From contig JBHGNT010000009.1 of NCBI GenBank assembly GCA_043228905.1, positions 21,452,001-21,516,000 on the forward strand: DNA of 64,000 nucleotides, read 5' to 3'. The position numbers were made by a program, and so were the translations under genes. Below, piece after piece: positions 48,701 to 60,429 of the stretch (within the stretch, counting starts at the first letter, position 1; each line of letters opens with the position of its first letter). The notes beneath the pieces were generated by a model. It was not told where the DNA came from and did no database searches. It saw nothing but the letters and a program-made list of their open reading frames with translations. The stretch is from Azolla caroliniana (Eukaryota > Plantae > Polypodiophyta).

Positions 48701-51700
48701 AATTGTCCCCATCAAGACCCGATTTTTGAATTTGGGTTCTAGGATGGGGAACATAATTGTTTAGTGAGGAAAATTGCCGACTAAAAAAGTTCATTAATGA
48801 TTGTGCTGCCTTGGTGTGAGATGGAGGTTGTGGAAATGGACCCTTGAAAACAATGACAAAGCCTATCCAGGTATTCGGCAATTTGCTAGTAGTGCGAAGC
48901 CCAAACCACCAAAGTGGCGGCCTTACCCACTAGTTCTCGACCAACATATACAATCTTCGTACTATTTGGCATGGGATAAAACTCAAAATGAGACTCCCAT
49001 AAGCTAGCCATGTGCAAATTACTTCTTCGGTTCTCTCAATTTTTTCTCCTGTAAATGCCTTGACGACAAATAATGATTCACCTTCATGTTCATCTGGCCT
49101 ATTAAGATCTCGTGGCATACTAATGACATGTGCTCCTGGAGCACCATGAGATTGCCGAAGTTCAAAAATCTTGATCAAGGTAGAATTAAGGGAATTTTGT
49201 ATTTGTAAAACTACAACTAAATTGGAATTTCCCTAGGAGTACTTCCTTGAATCCCCTCCACTTGGGAGGATGTCATTTGGTGATCATTATTATGAACCAT
49301 GAAAATATAATGTCTGGCAAAGAAATAGGACAAGGTCAGACAAATAGCCACAACATATGGGCAAACATTAATTGATATATCATGATCTCATGTCAATACC
49401 CCTCTATACGTATGAGATGAGGTTCAAGATTGGGTAACTATGGTAACACAAAGGTGTTTTAAAAACCATGGGGGTAGAACATCTTTCCTTGATCTCTATA
49501 TCGATTTTTTTATGGTAGCTTCCCGAGGCTCAACCATGTTCGCGTCATGAATAGTTTATACGCGAAAAAATGTAAATAATAAACTAAGTCTTTACTCTTT
49601 AAGTTTTTACTCTTTAAGTTGTATAACGAGAACCCTGAAGTGTACTTAGACCTAAAGTCTAAACATGTTTAGTAGTCATATGTATCAATCATGTTGTATG
49701 GTCATGATCATATTTGAACTCGAAACCATTAAACATTTGAGCTAACCAAATGTATTGAATGTTTAATGCTTATGCAATTGAAAGATATGTGAAGGCATGT
49801 ACCCCCCCCCCCCCCCCCCTTTTTTTAAAGGTAAACACATGTTCCCAACATCCTTATTTCCCCCTCATTAACTAGAAAACTGTATTCGTACGTTAACCAA
49901 CCTCAAGTCTCATCATTACAATAGTATACCATAAGGAGTAACCTAATAGTCAAGCCAACACTAGCCCTATTTTTTGTAGTAGGCTCACGTCACCCATCAC
50001 ATGGTTATTTTCATTACAAATGCCTTTCATAATGATGATCTCATGGTGGCCCTTTAATCATGTAACGAGTGTGGGATGTTGGATGCAGGTTTCATAAGGG
50101 TGACCTTGCACAAAGTGGGTCAAGCCCTTACGCCCACAACATCATTGTGTCCATGCATGTTTAATTGTTCATTTAGCAAAATCCAGATGACCAAGGGGGA
50201 TAACAAAGAAATTTGTTAAAAATGGATGGTGACTACTCCTTTCCCACAAAAAATGTTAAGACAACCACCAAGATCATTACCTCAAATGGACAATATTCGA
50301 TATACCAATATCATGTAACAAATTCGTAATATATACATTTTATATTTATGACATGTATACGATCACATACTTATATATGTGATCACATATGGATATATAA
50401 AAGAATTGTTAACAAAACATAAACCAACGAATGATGTAATTAAGATATTTAATCGAGGCATGTAGCCTCTACGCACACAACATCCAAAAATAAGAATGTA
50501 ATACACAATTGAGGTTTTGACCTCTTACGCATAAGACTCAGATCACATATCAAATTCGTGGCAATTGAGGTATGGCCTCATACACATACATAACATATGT
50601 ACGTTTTATATGAACAAACTATGGCCACTACAACATAATTGAATGGTTAACATTTTAACATATCGACTTAAACATGATTGAGAATGAGAGAAGAAAGAAT
50701 AGAAAAAAAAGTTCATGAAAATAAAAGGAAGTATCGAAGTTCCTTTTTTGACGACTTTCTGGATCAAGCTTGAATGACTATAGATCGATCACCATCCAAA
50801 ACAAATAACAACAACAAAAGAAACATTAGAAAAATCACTCTGATACCATATGTTAGAGATTATTCCTAATGTAAACATCAAATACGGAAATAAATGATAG
50901 GTAGATGAGAGAGAGAGAGAGAGAAGGGTGTCGATCCACCCGACCACCCTCGAGCGAAGGGATTGTGAGGGACTCAAGCCTTGATCGGCGTCCCATACAA
51001 TCGCCATGGCATTGAATTATGCCTAGTATTGACGCGCGCGCTACAAGAGTTTGTTCACTACAAGGTCATAGCCTCGACGTAGTCAAATAAGGTGTCACTA
51101 ATGAGGGTAGTTAGGCCTCATATTTATAGCTAGACCTAAGGCCCCCATACAAGTTCACACTTGGCCCTTGTGGGTTGTCTCAATTAATAGGATTAAAAGT
51201 AATCCTCACTTCATTACACTCTCGGTTTACCCTCTCATTTTTATCTTCGTGTGTAAAATATTGCAGTACAAGTTACCACGAGATAAATTATGATCATGCC
51301 CGTAAACAATGATACTAACAATCTACCAATCATCTCTAAGTTCCATCTACTAGAGAGGCGATTGGATGCTTGATCAACACACATGAGGTTTATTGATTCT
51401 GACTCCTGAGTAGTGGATGAGTTTTCTGATAGTCTCAGTGTGAAATGTATGCAGTCATGCCCGTAACAATGATACTGACAATCTACCAATCATCTCTAAG
51501 TTCCATCTACCGGAGAGGCGATTGCATGCTTGACTAGCACACACGAGGTTTATTGATTCCGGGAAGTGGATGAGTTTTCCAATAGTCTCAGTGTGAAATG
51601 TACGCAGTCATGCAAGTAATAACCAATCATCTCTAAGTTCCATCTACCAGAGAGGCGAATTGCATGCTTGACCAGCACACATGAGGATTCCGAGAAGTGG

Positions 51701-51865
51701 ATGAGTTTTCCGACAGTCTTCAGTGTGAAATGTACGCATGTGAAGTCCCTACGGACCCGACAAACGAAAAAGTGGATAGTTGCCTAAGTGTGAACACAAC
51801 ATAACTACCACACTTATGGCCAAGAGAGACAAAGATGCACTCTCTGTAAACATATTCCTATAACA
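45780..51865 (-). mobile_element. Heavily decayed Ty3/gypsy element with 5' LTR 50851-51865
   Basis: [14 protein letters not shown]...[11 protein letters not shown]...VPFGLTNTP; integrase IVSDRDPKFTSNFW; PBS tggtatcagag 50838-50848; LTR TGTTA...TAACA; 3' LTR not found. Confidence 0.8.
51293..51740. repeat. Three ~150-160 bp tandem repeats inside the LTR U3
   Basis: ccaatcatctctaagttccatctac...gtggatgagttttc...cagtgtgaaatgta repeated three times. Confidence 0.85.
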
Positions 51866-52285
51866 TATTTCCTGTTTCTCTGCACCTTCCAGATTTAGGG
51901 CAGGAATCATCCAAGATTAGCAGGTTGGGTAAAAACCTGGAATTAGGGTTTTTTTCCCTGTACGAGAAAGCCAGGAATTAGGGTTTCCTGCCTTACCCTG
52001 CCCCATGTTTGTTCTGAGCTGGAAGCCATTAATGTAACACTGAAACCTGGTAAGCTTACCTTTCTTCTCTCTCGATCTTGTGAAACCAGTTTAAGAAATG
52101 TCTCTTTGCTTCCTGAGTTGTCTTTTTTTGTTTTTGTTTGGTTCTGTTTCATTGCTTTTTGGAATCAGAAAGAATTGTGTTGATGTCCTCTTTCACTTCT
52201 GAAGCTTCCTTTGATGGGCTGAAAAACTGAACAAAATATAGCGTCAAACAAATAACCTTTTGTTGCCTTTCATTAAGTGTTAACC

Positions 52286-53476
52286 ATGGCATTTGCTCCT
52301 AATTGTAAAGAAGATATGGTTTACCAGATGGCACTGTCCCAGTATGAAAACTCTCCTACACAAGATAAATCCCCACACCAAATCCCCACCTTAGTCCCAC
52401 CTCTTGCAGCATTTCATCCATGTGGTCCGATGCCATTGTTTCTTCCATACATGGGAAGCCTCACGACAACACCACTTTGTGCCACCCAAGAGAGGCTGGA
52501 TGGTATCAATAGGTTTTCCGGATATGGTGTAAGGACTGAAGCAAACCATGTTCAAGTCAGACATGGTGTTGGTAAAGACAAACATGGTGAAGATAAAGAC
52601 GGCCAATTTAATCTTGATGTCATCAAGAAGTCGGACAAAGAGATGCACAAGAAAAGATCAAAGAATTGGACTAGACGTGAGATTTTGAGTCTCATTCGGC
52701 TGAGGACAGAACTTGAGGATTGGTTTTCAAGGGTTGGTCGGAAAACCGAGTTGTGGGACCAAGTTTCTCTTGGTTTGAGAAAAGACAAATTCCGTCGAGA
52801 TGGGCAGCAGTGTCGAGACAAATGGGAAAAGCTTATGGCAGGTTACAAAGAGGTGCGAGATGGTTTGAAAGAGAGAGACGCCAATCCTTTCTATGAAATC
52901 CTTCATCCAATGATGCTTTCACGAAGAGTATCAAGATCAAGGGAGATTAAGACAGATATTGATGCCAATGAAACCATGAGAATCTCGGTTTATAACAAAA
53001 AATTATCATCATCATCAGCTTGTGCAATCAAAGAAGTGGAGAAGGAAGAACATCCACCTATGATATTTAATGGTCATCTAGATCAACAAGACTATATCGA
53101 TGACACTGGTGTTATGAAAGATGGGACTTTGAACAAGAGGAAGCGTTGCCAAAAGTACATGACTGTCCCAGACCTTCGTGCTATACGAACAATCTTTGAA
53201 ACTTTGATTTCTCAACAACAGAAGATGGTCAAAGAGTTTCTTGTTACATTGGAACACAAGGAACAGCAAAGGGAGCTAGTTCGGCAAGAAAGGGAAGAGG
53301 AATGGAGGGCTGAAGAGCACGCCCAAAGTCAGGTTTTGAACAATGTCATGCTATTGTTGACGCAAAAGCTTGTTGAACAAAGGATTCAAGGAGAATCCTT
53401 TGGTGCTCAAATAATCAACAATCACTCAACCCATCGAGGACCTGTGCCCAAGTTTTGGAAAACTGCCACACATTAA
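52286..53476 (+). CDS. Trihelix (GT-type) transcription factor; single coding exon, probable 5'-UTR intron 52049-52276
   Basis: KKRSKNWTRREILSLIRLR...ELWDQVS...RDGQQCRDKWEKL...PFYEILH Myb/SANT-like trihelix; central coiled coil RQEREEEWR. Confidence 0.9.
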   Translation: MAFAPNCKEDMVYQMALSQYENSPTQDKSPHQIPTLVPPLAAFHPCGPMPLFLPYMGSLTTTPLCATQERLDGINRFSGYGVRTEANHVQVRHGVGKDKHGEDKDGQFNLDVIKKSDKEMHKKRSKNWTRREILSLIRLRTELEDWFSRVGRKTELWDQVSLGLRKDKFRRDGQQCRDKWEKLMAGYKEVRDGLKERDANPFYEILHPMMLSRRVSRSREIKTDIDANETMRISVYNKKLSSSSACAIKEVEKEEHPPMIFNGHLDQQDYIDDTGVMKDGTLNKRKRCQKYMTVPDLRAIRTIFETLISQQQKMVKEFLVTLEHKEQQRELVRQEREEEWRAEEHAQSQVLNNVMLLLTQKLVEQRIQGESFGAQIINNHSTHRGPVPKFWKTATH

Positions 53477-54435
53477 ATGATTTAAAATGGAAAAGGTCCA
53501 CACTAATCCAAGTATCACTGTGTCAAATCAAACAAGATAAAACACAAAGCAGAGGGATGATAATTGGTGGGGAATATTTGTTCCCCCCGCCAACTACATT
53601 GGCTCAAAGCTTTGAGTTTGGTTGATGAGAATCATCTTGTTTATGTAATAATGCATATATTACATTGGAACTTTTGCATATATGTCACATTGTATAACCC
53701 TATCCCACGAATTCTGATCTATCTATGTTGCCCATAATATGGTTAGTCTTAAGTTACAAGAAATTGGATTATTTATAAGAAGCAATAAATCCTTGAGCTG
53801 AGGAAAGATTCGAGGATTTAATGTGCTTGCATAAGCATGAGGTAGAGAGTATGTGATTCGTGAGCATGTTAATAAATGAAGAAGGTATAAGTTTTTACGA
53901 ATTAGTTAGAACACAGAGAAGGCAAACAGTACGTCAAGATAAGATCATTTTGCTAGGCTATGATAAAGCCTCCTGATATATCACAATAAATAATGTATAT
54001 TTATTCGTGTTGTGTTATAAAAAGGGTTTCTTGTGAGTTGTAACAAATTTTATGTTACCATAATATCATCCATAATTATGATTCTCATTCGGTAACTAAA
54101 TTATGTAAACAGTAGTTGGATCTAAAAGCAACAAAAACGAGGTATATACACTTCCAAATTTGAGCAGGATATTGTTCACGAAATGTGATACAAAAAGCAA
54201 ATTATGCTACAGAGACAATTCAACAGAAGATTTACATATTTAAAACCAGCATTATGAAAACAATAGCGATGAGATAGAAGATAGAACACATATTCAATAT
54301 ATTTGTATAAAAATCTGCCATTACAATTTAAATTCTCTCTTTTTTTTAGTTTTAGTGTCAAAGGAAACAAGAGGAAGTAGGAATAAATTGCTGAGGTGGC
54401 AAAAGGAAGCATAGCAAGCAGCCCACCCCAGAAGC

Positions 54436-57400
54436 TCATTGATGCTGACGAGAGAGGTCGAATTTCTTGACAGCCTTCTTCCAGACATGTGAGATGGAGG
54501 AGTCTAGGTCTTGGAAGAAATTCGAATGTTTCCTCCGTGGCTGTGCGGCTGCCACTAAATGCTTCACTTGTGATGGTGGTGGTGCCACTGCAGCAGAAGA
54601 AATTAATCCATGGCCACCTCCACTAGTGCTGTTACATCGTCGACCCATTGCTCTTGCTATGGTGGGGGGGCTCTGCTGCACTGGTTCTGAAGAAGTAGAA
54701 GTAGATATTGTGGCCGCTGTAGTAGTAAATGACGGAGAAGATGACGACGGCGACGAATCCAATGTTGTCCATGTCCCTGTCCGGCTGTTGCTACTGTTTC
54801 CTCTTGTACTTGCACTCTTCATCAACATATCTGCCTTCCTAGCTGCCCCTCCCCCACCACCCACTGACCTCTGCCTCGAAAGTATTGCTGCCACCGAAGG
54901 TTCATGCCGTGGCATTTGCTGTTGTCTCATCTGCTGATTATGAAGAAGAAGAGCAGCACCGTGAGGCTTCTTTGCAGAAGTGGGCACACCGCTCCTCTCA
55001 CAAGACACCGGCCTCTGCTTCTGCAATGGGGTCGTTCTCCGACACTCGCCTCCAGTGCGGCACAGTGATGGCGATTTCGGGCCAATATTCGTATTATTAC
55101 CCGATTTCAGCTTATTTGCAGTTGTTACCTCGTAATGACTGGTCGAGTTAGATGATCTTGTGTCCGATGTGGTGGTTGGGGAGGATGCGCTGTACTGACC
55201 ATATGTTGTGGGCGATTGCGTCTCGAATTTTATGGCAAGATTCTGGGCCAAACGCTGCTGTGGCTGCCTCCGATGCAGAGGCTCTTCCCGATCATGGCCC
55301 GCTGCCATATCACCAACAATCTCTGGATTAATCTTCCTCCCTTGATCCATACTCTTCCGCATCAAATCTTCCCTACAGCCACCACCAAGAATCACAACAT
55401 TCCCATCAACTGGTTTCAGTGTCTCAGCCTTTCTTGTGGCAGAGGGCACCATTCCTCTCATCTCACCAGATTCTTGATCTTGGCTAAAACTGAGTCTCTT
55501 GAGAATGCCATTGACTACATTCCCTCTCTTTGCGAGAAACTCACGGTCAGAAGATTTCATATTCTCTGGATTTTCAGTATGGCATCTTTCCCTCTCCTCA
55601 GGGTTTTGTAATAGAACCTGATACCAGTTCTCAAAGTTGAACTTCTCTCCAACTTTTTGGATACTTCTTTCTTCAGCCCCTTCAACTTCTTCGTCTTCGT
55701 CTTCTTTGATAGCCTCAGCCATGGCAGCTTGCATGGCCTTTTTTATCTCCGATCGGCTTTCCATTTCATCTTCAAACAAGTATGCTTCACAGTTCCGACT
55801 CTTCACATTCTCATCCACTGATTCTTCCTCACAATTTTCTTCAAATGCTCTCCCCTTCAAGAGACTTTTATGGTCCTTGATCAAATCAGCATCATAACTA
55901 ATGCTCAAATCCATCCAGCTATGGAGATCAGTGTCCCAAGCATCACGGCTCCTCTTTGTGATCTTTGGCCTCGCCATAGCCTCTAAGCGCTTCCTCTGCT
56001 TCAAATTCCCTTCAGCTTCTTCCTCAGCTACATCACAAATCTTCCTTTGAGACTGAAGTCTTGCAACCAAAGCAGTACATGCATCTTGGTTTCTTCTTGC
56101 TTGTTCCTTGTATGCTATACATCTACAACAACAGAAAACATGTCACAAAATTCCTTAATCTGGCAACAATAGACATCTATATTCTAACAACAAAAAAGGT
56201 TACCATATTATTGAGCTAAGCCAACATAAGAAAACATTAGACTTACTGTTGCATTGTGTCTCGAATCATCTTCTCAAGGCATATTCTATAACGTGACTGT
56301 GATTCAGACCATTTCCTTTGTTTGTCAAGCTTCGCTCTTTGCTTGGCAAGCACCCTCTCAAATTCTTCCAACATTGATTTCTCCTTCTCATTCCCCATCT
56401 TCAAATCTCGTAATCGGTTCTCAAGCTCCACGAGTGTTGCCTCTTTCTCTTTCTTTTGCTCCGCTTGATTTACTTTGATCCTTTCCTCTTTTTCGATTGC
56501 AAAAGAAATGGAAGAATGCCTATCCTTAGGGATCCTATTCTCTTTATCATGCTTCGATTCATCTCGCATATCTCGCATTGATCGACACTGCAGATTTGAG
56601 AAGCACAAGTGCATTGAATTAATATCGATTGAAGCATTACAACATTTAATCTTCAAAAGAGGTAGAGAACTTTTAATAAGAACCCACCAGCTTATCTTTG
56701 GTGTCTCTGTTGGCAAGCATTGACCCAGTACACTTGATCAATGGTCTTCTAATAGTTTCTTCTTCATCAAGATTCCATCTTTTTCGTCCTGCAACAAAAA
56801 TCTCATTAAGGTATATCAGCAACAGAAATTAATTGATAAAACCTCAGGAGAGAAACAATGTCTGTCACTGATTCACTAACCAGGATTCCCATTATGGTTA
56901 TTGTTCGTGTCAATACTCTTCTTTACAGAGTCATGGTCCCTCATCTTCGCTACCGTTACTATACAAGCTGAGAGTAATCCCATCTCATTCACTCTTTCCA
57001 AAAAGATCTTGGGACATGAGTGGAAATCCGCCATGGTTTTCTCATCGATCTTCTCTTTTCTTCCATTAGCGAAGAATAAAGAGAATGATTTATGTCTGAA
57101 TATACACAGGAGAAAACATGATAATTCAATGAAGGAGACGTAAAGGCCCTCTAATGACTCTAATAATCTCTCATAGCGTAGTAAACCATAAAAGCACAGG
57201 TTTTAAATTTAAACCCTAACGACATAGATTATAAAACCTAGGGTCCTGGACCATAAACCCTAGAGAGCAAGACTAGAAACCCTAAAACCTATACTTAAAC
57301 GCCTTAAAGGTATAACCTGAAATCAGCATCGGTGGAGGAGAAGATGGTGAGGAAAACGTTCACTGAAACTCCTGCCTGCAAATCCCACCAAGGCACGAGA

Positions 57401-58466
57401 AACTCCAATTTGTTTCCTTTCTTTTGCTGAACCTGCCATTGAACCAGGCGCAAATTGCTTGGAACACTCTTTCCTCCTCCTGTGTTTACAGACAGACAAA
57501 CAACAAAATCTGATCAAGCTTAGACATTTGTCCCATGTCAGAAATCAGAGATTGCTCTAGCCAACATTCAGATGCATAAAACACGATCAATTGGAAAGGA
57601 ATGTTGGAAAATAAATTATGTCAATCATATTATGTCAAATCATGTAGTGCTCCATGATTGGATCTTCTAAATGGTTTATGTTCCAATTGGACGACGAGAA
57701 ATTATGAGGAATCGCAGTGTAATAATAGCAGATTCTGAACTGTAGCATGAATGTGTGTGGATTCGTGTCTTACGTGAACGAGGGAACCAATGATCGATCG
57801 ACCATGCAAGTGGAGATCCCTCATGAGCCTTCCAATATATGACATTTCCATAGATGTCCACCCGGAATAGGGCAGGATCGAACCCTGCATTCCTGCATTT
57901 GATGAAATGGACAAGTGTTTTCTGAAAATGGAGGCACATGAATTGCTCTTTCAAAATAATAGATTGATCGCTACTGATCATAGCGTTGGTGATGCTAATC
58001 ACTTACCCTAAGTGATCTAATTGAGCCCATAGATCTTCTGCATGATGATTAATCCTTGCGTTGATCCCTTCCTGCTGCTCCTCTACAACAGGGAACAGAG
58101 CATCCATCTCTTCCATTCTAGCGGCCTGTGATTGCGCAGCGCAGAGAAAACAGAGAATTAAAGGTAGATGAAGATGAAGATGAAGATGAAGATGAAGATG
58201 AAGAAGAAGAAGAAGAAGGATCTAGCAGAGAATCATAAAAGAAAATGTAGCAGATGAAAATCGGAGGGTATGCATTGATGCCTTCCGAAATTATGCTTCA
58301 CCTCATCTTCAAGAATTGAGTAAGGGTGGAAGCTGTGAAGAGGCCCCTGAGGAAAAGCTCGGATTAGGGTAGTGGAGGCCTGCTTGCAGAGCTTCTCATA
58401 GCCAGGTGGGTATCCGAGGACACTGTCGACTACTCGTTCGTCGTCTGCTAGATTCGCCATAGCCAT
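54436..58466 (-). CDS. Plant HNH-motif / coiled-coil protein; exons 58466-58302, 58125-58007, 57892-57774, 57479-57317, 57095-56881, 56788-56688, 56587-56247, 56122-54436
   Basis: GT-AG splices join LWAQLDHLGNAGFDPALFRVDIYGNV...WSIDHWFPRSRGGKSVPSNLRLVQWQ...LEFLVPWWDLQ, then coiled coil (SQSRYRICLEKMIRDTM, YKEQARRNQ, GKFNFENW-like) and a Ser/Arg-rich tail. Confidence 0.85.
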
Positions 58467-59769
58467 GTGAAGAAGAAGAAGAAGAAGAAGAAGAAGATAT
58501 GGCTCCCCCTCTCTTAATCGTCCTATCCCTTCCTTCTCCCGCTTCTCTGCAGCCTCCTTTCTTTCTGATTTCCTTCTGTTTCGAAGCTCTTGCAGAGCGC
58601 AGTATTGAGCTGAGCTTGAAGAGTAGGAGCTACTATTATGGCTGCACAGATCAGAGAGACCAGCGATGGCGGAGGAAGAGATCAAAATGCAGACAGAGAC
58701 GACAGACTGAGAGAGAAAGAGAGAATTATGCAAGCATAGCAGAAGCAGTGCAGGAGTGTTATATAAAAATTAATCAGTTAGTTAAATTAAATTTAAATTA
58801 AACTAAATTAAATTAAATAAAATAAGAAAAACAGAGGGAAGGAGGAGAGTGGGGACACATATTTCTCTGTATTTTATCTAATTTATTTGTTTATTTATCT
58901 ATTTATTCAGTTATTTCATTAGCTATTTATTTACTTATTTATTTATTTATCAATTTATTTAGTTATTTATTTAGCTATTTATCTGTTTAGTGACTGAATG
59001 AATATTCCTGCAGAGTCCCGGATACACTACTGCCAAACAGAAAAAAATTAAATTAAATTAAATTAAATAATTAAATAAATAATCGAATAAAAAAAGGAGG
59101 CAAAAATAAACAAATACATACAGAGAGAGACCAGGCGGCAGCTCTTTATTTTCATTCATTTTTTTAAAATTTCTAATTTTCTCCCTTATCTTTTTTATTT
59201 TGTTTTATTTATTTATTTACCTTTTTCCCGAATTATATTCGTTTGTGTCTTTATATTTTTATATGTTATTTTGGGGGTCGGGCGGGTGGCGAATTTAAGA
59301 GCCACCCCTTCTCTCTCTACACACACACACTCTCTCTCTACGCTCTGTCTACGGTCTACATACGCTCTCTGTATACGCTCTTCCTCTCTATACGGTCTAT
59401 ATCTGTATTATCTGTATACGCGCTTTGTACGGTCTGTCTCTCTCTTTCTCTACATACGGTCGCTCTACGGCAACTGCCTTCAACGGATACGAAAATGGAA
59501 TCCGCCTCGTTTTTTATTCCGCCCAAATTCAATTAATTCTTCTGTTTCCTTTTTTTTATTCGATTATTTATTTATTTATTTATTCGTTGATTGGTTGGTT
59601 TTCTTTTTTTTTCCTCCCTCTCCTCCCCCCACGTCATTAATTAAAAACTACATCACTAATTTAATATTTTTTTATTTTTATTTTTAAAAAAAAAAGCTTT
59701 TAAAATAACATTAAAAAAAGAGACCCACGTAAATTTAACACTACATGCTTCATGAAATATTTTCTTCCT

Positions 59770-59970
59770 TCCCCTTGTTTTATTTATTTACAAAACTAGC
59801 CCCTCTCCATTTTATATTTATTTATTTACAAAACTAGCCCCTCTCCATTTTGGTTCTTTATTTATTTATTTACAAAACTAGCCCCTCTCCATTTTAGTTC
59901 TTTGTTTATTTATTTACAAAACTAACCCCTCTCCATTTTAGTTATTTATTTATTTTATCACAAACCTAGC
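59770..59970. repeat. Minisatellite, ~37-43 bp x5
   Basis: tttatttatttacaaaactagcccctctccatttt repeated. Confidence 0.85.
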
Positions 59971-60429
59971 CTTCATTATTTGCCGTTTGCCCCCCCACCC
60001 CAACCCTTTGTTTTCTCTCTCTCCTTTTTGCTTCTGTTTTCTCCATATTTGGCCTTCAAATTGCCTCCTACTTAGCTCTCATAGTAGACTCTATATAGTC
60101 AGTCTACTAGTTAGTACTAATTCTAGCTCTTCTTCTTCTTAGTGGTTATTATATCAATCAATGAACCCAATAACAAATCCCAAACACCCCTCTTCTTTTT
60201 TTTAGTTGTCACTTGAATGTATGGAATTTCTTTCACACTAGATATGGGATATGTTTTAGATCTCTCCCATTCTTCCTTTACCTTTAATACTTAGTATTTG
60301 CCCCACACCTTTTCAACCCTCTCTCTCTCTCTCTCTCAACTCTTTTTCCCTCCTTATACATATCCCCCCACCCACAAATAAGAACAATCTCGACACCTAT
60401 GTCTATATCGATGATGATGATTCTTCTAT

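Noticed and set aside
54467-55897. Plus-strand ORFs overlapping the last exon of the HNH gene
   Set aside because: Antisense shadows of a long coding exon
58467-58733. N-terminal extension in ORF 58233-58733
   Set aside because: Runs through CT/CTT microsatellites typical of a 5' UTR; recognisable protein starts at MAMANL (58466)
59770-59970. CRISPR-like array
   Set aside because: Contiguous tandem units without unique spacers, eukaryotic context, no cas genes
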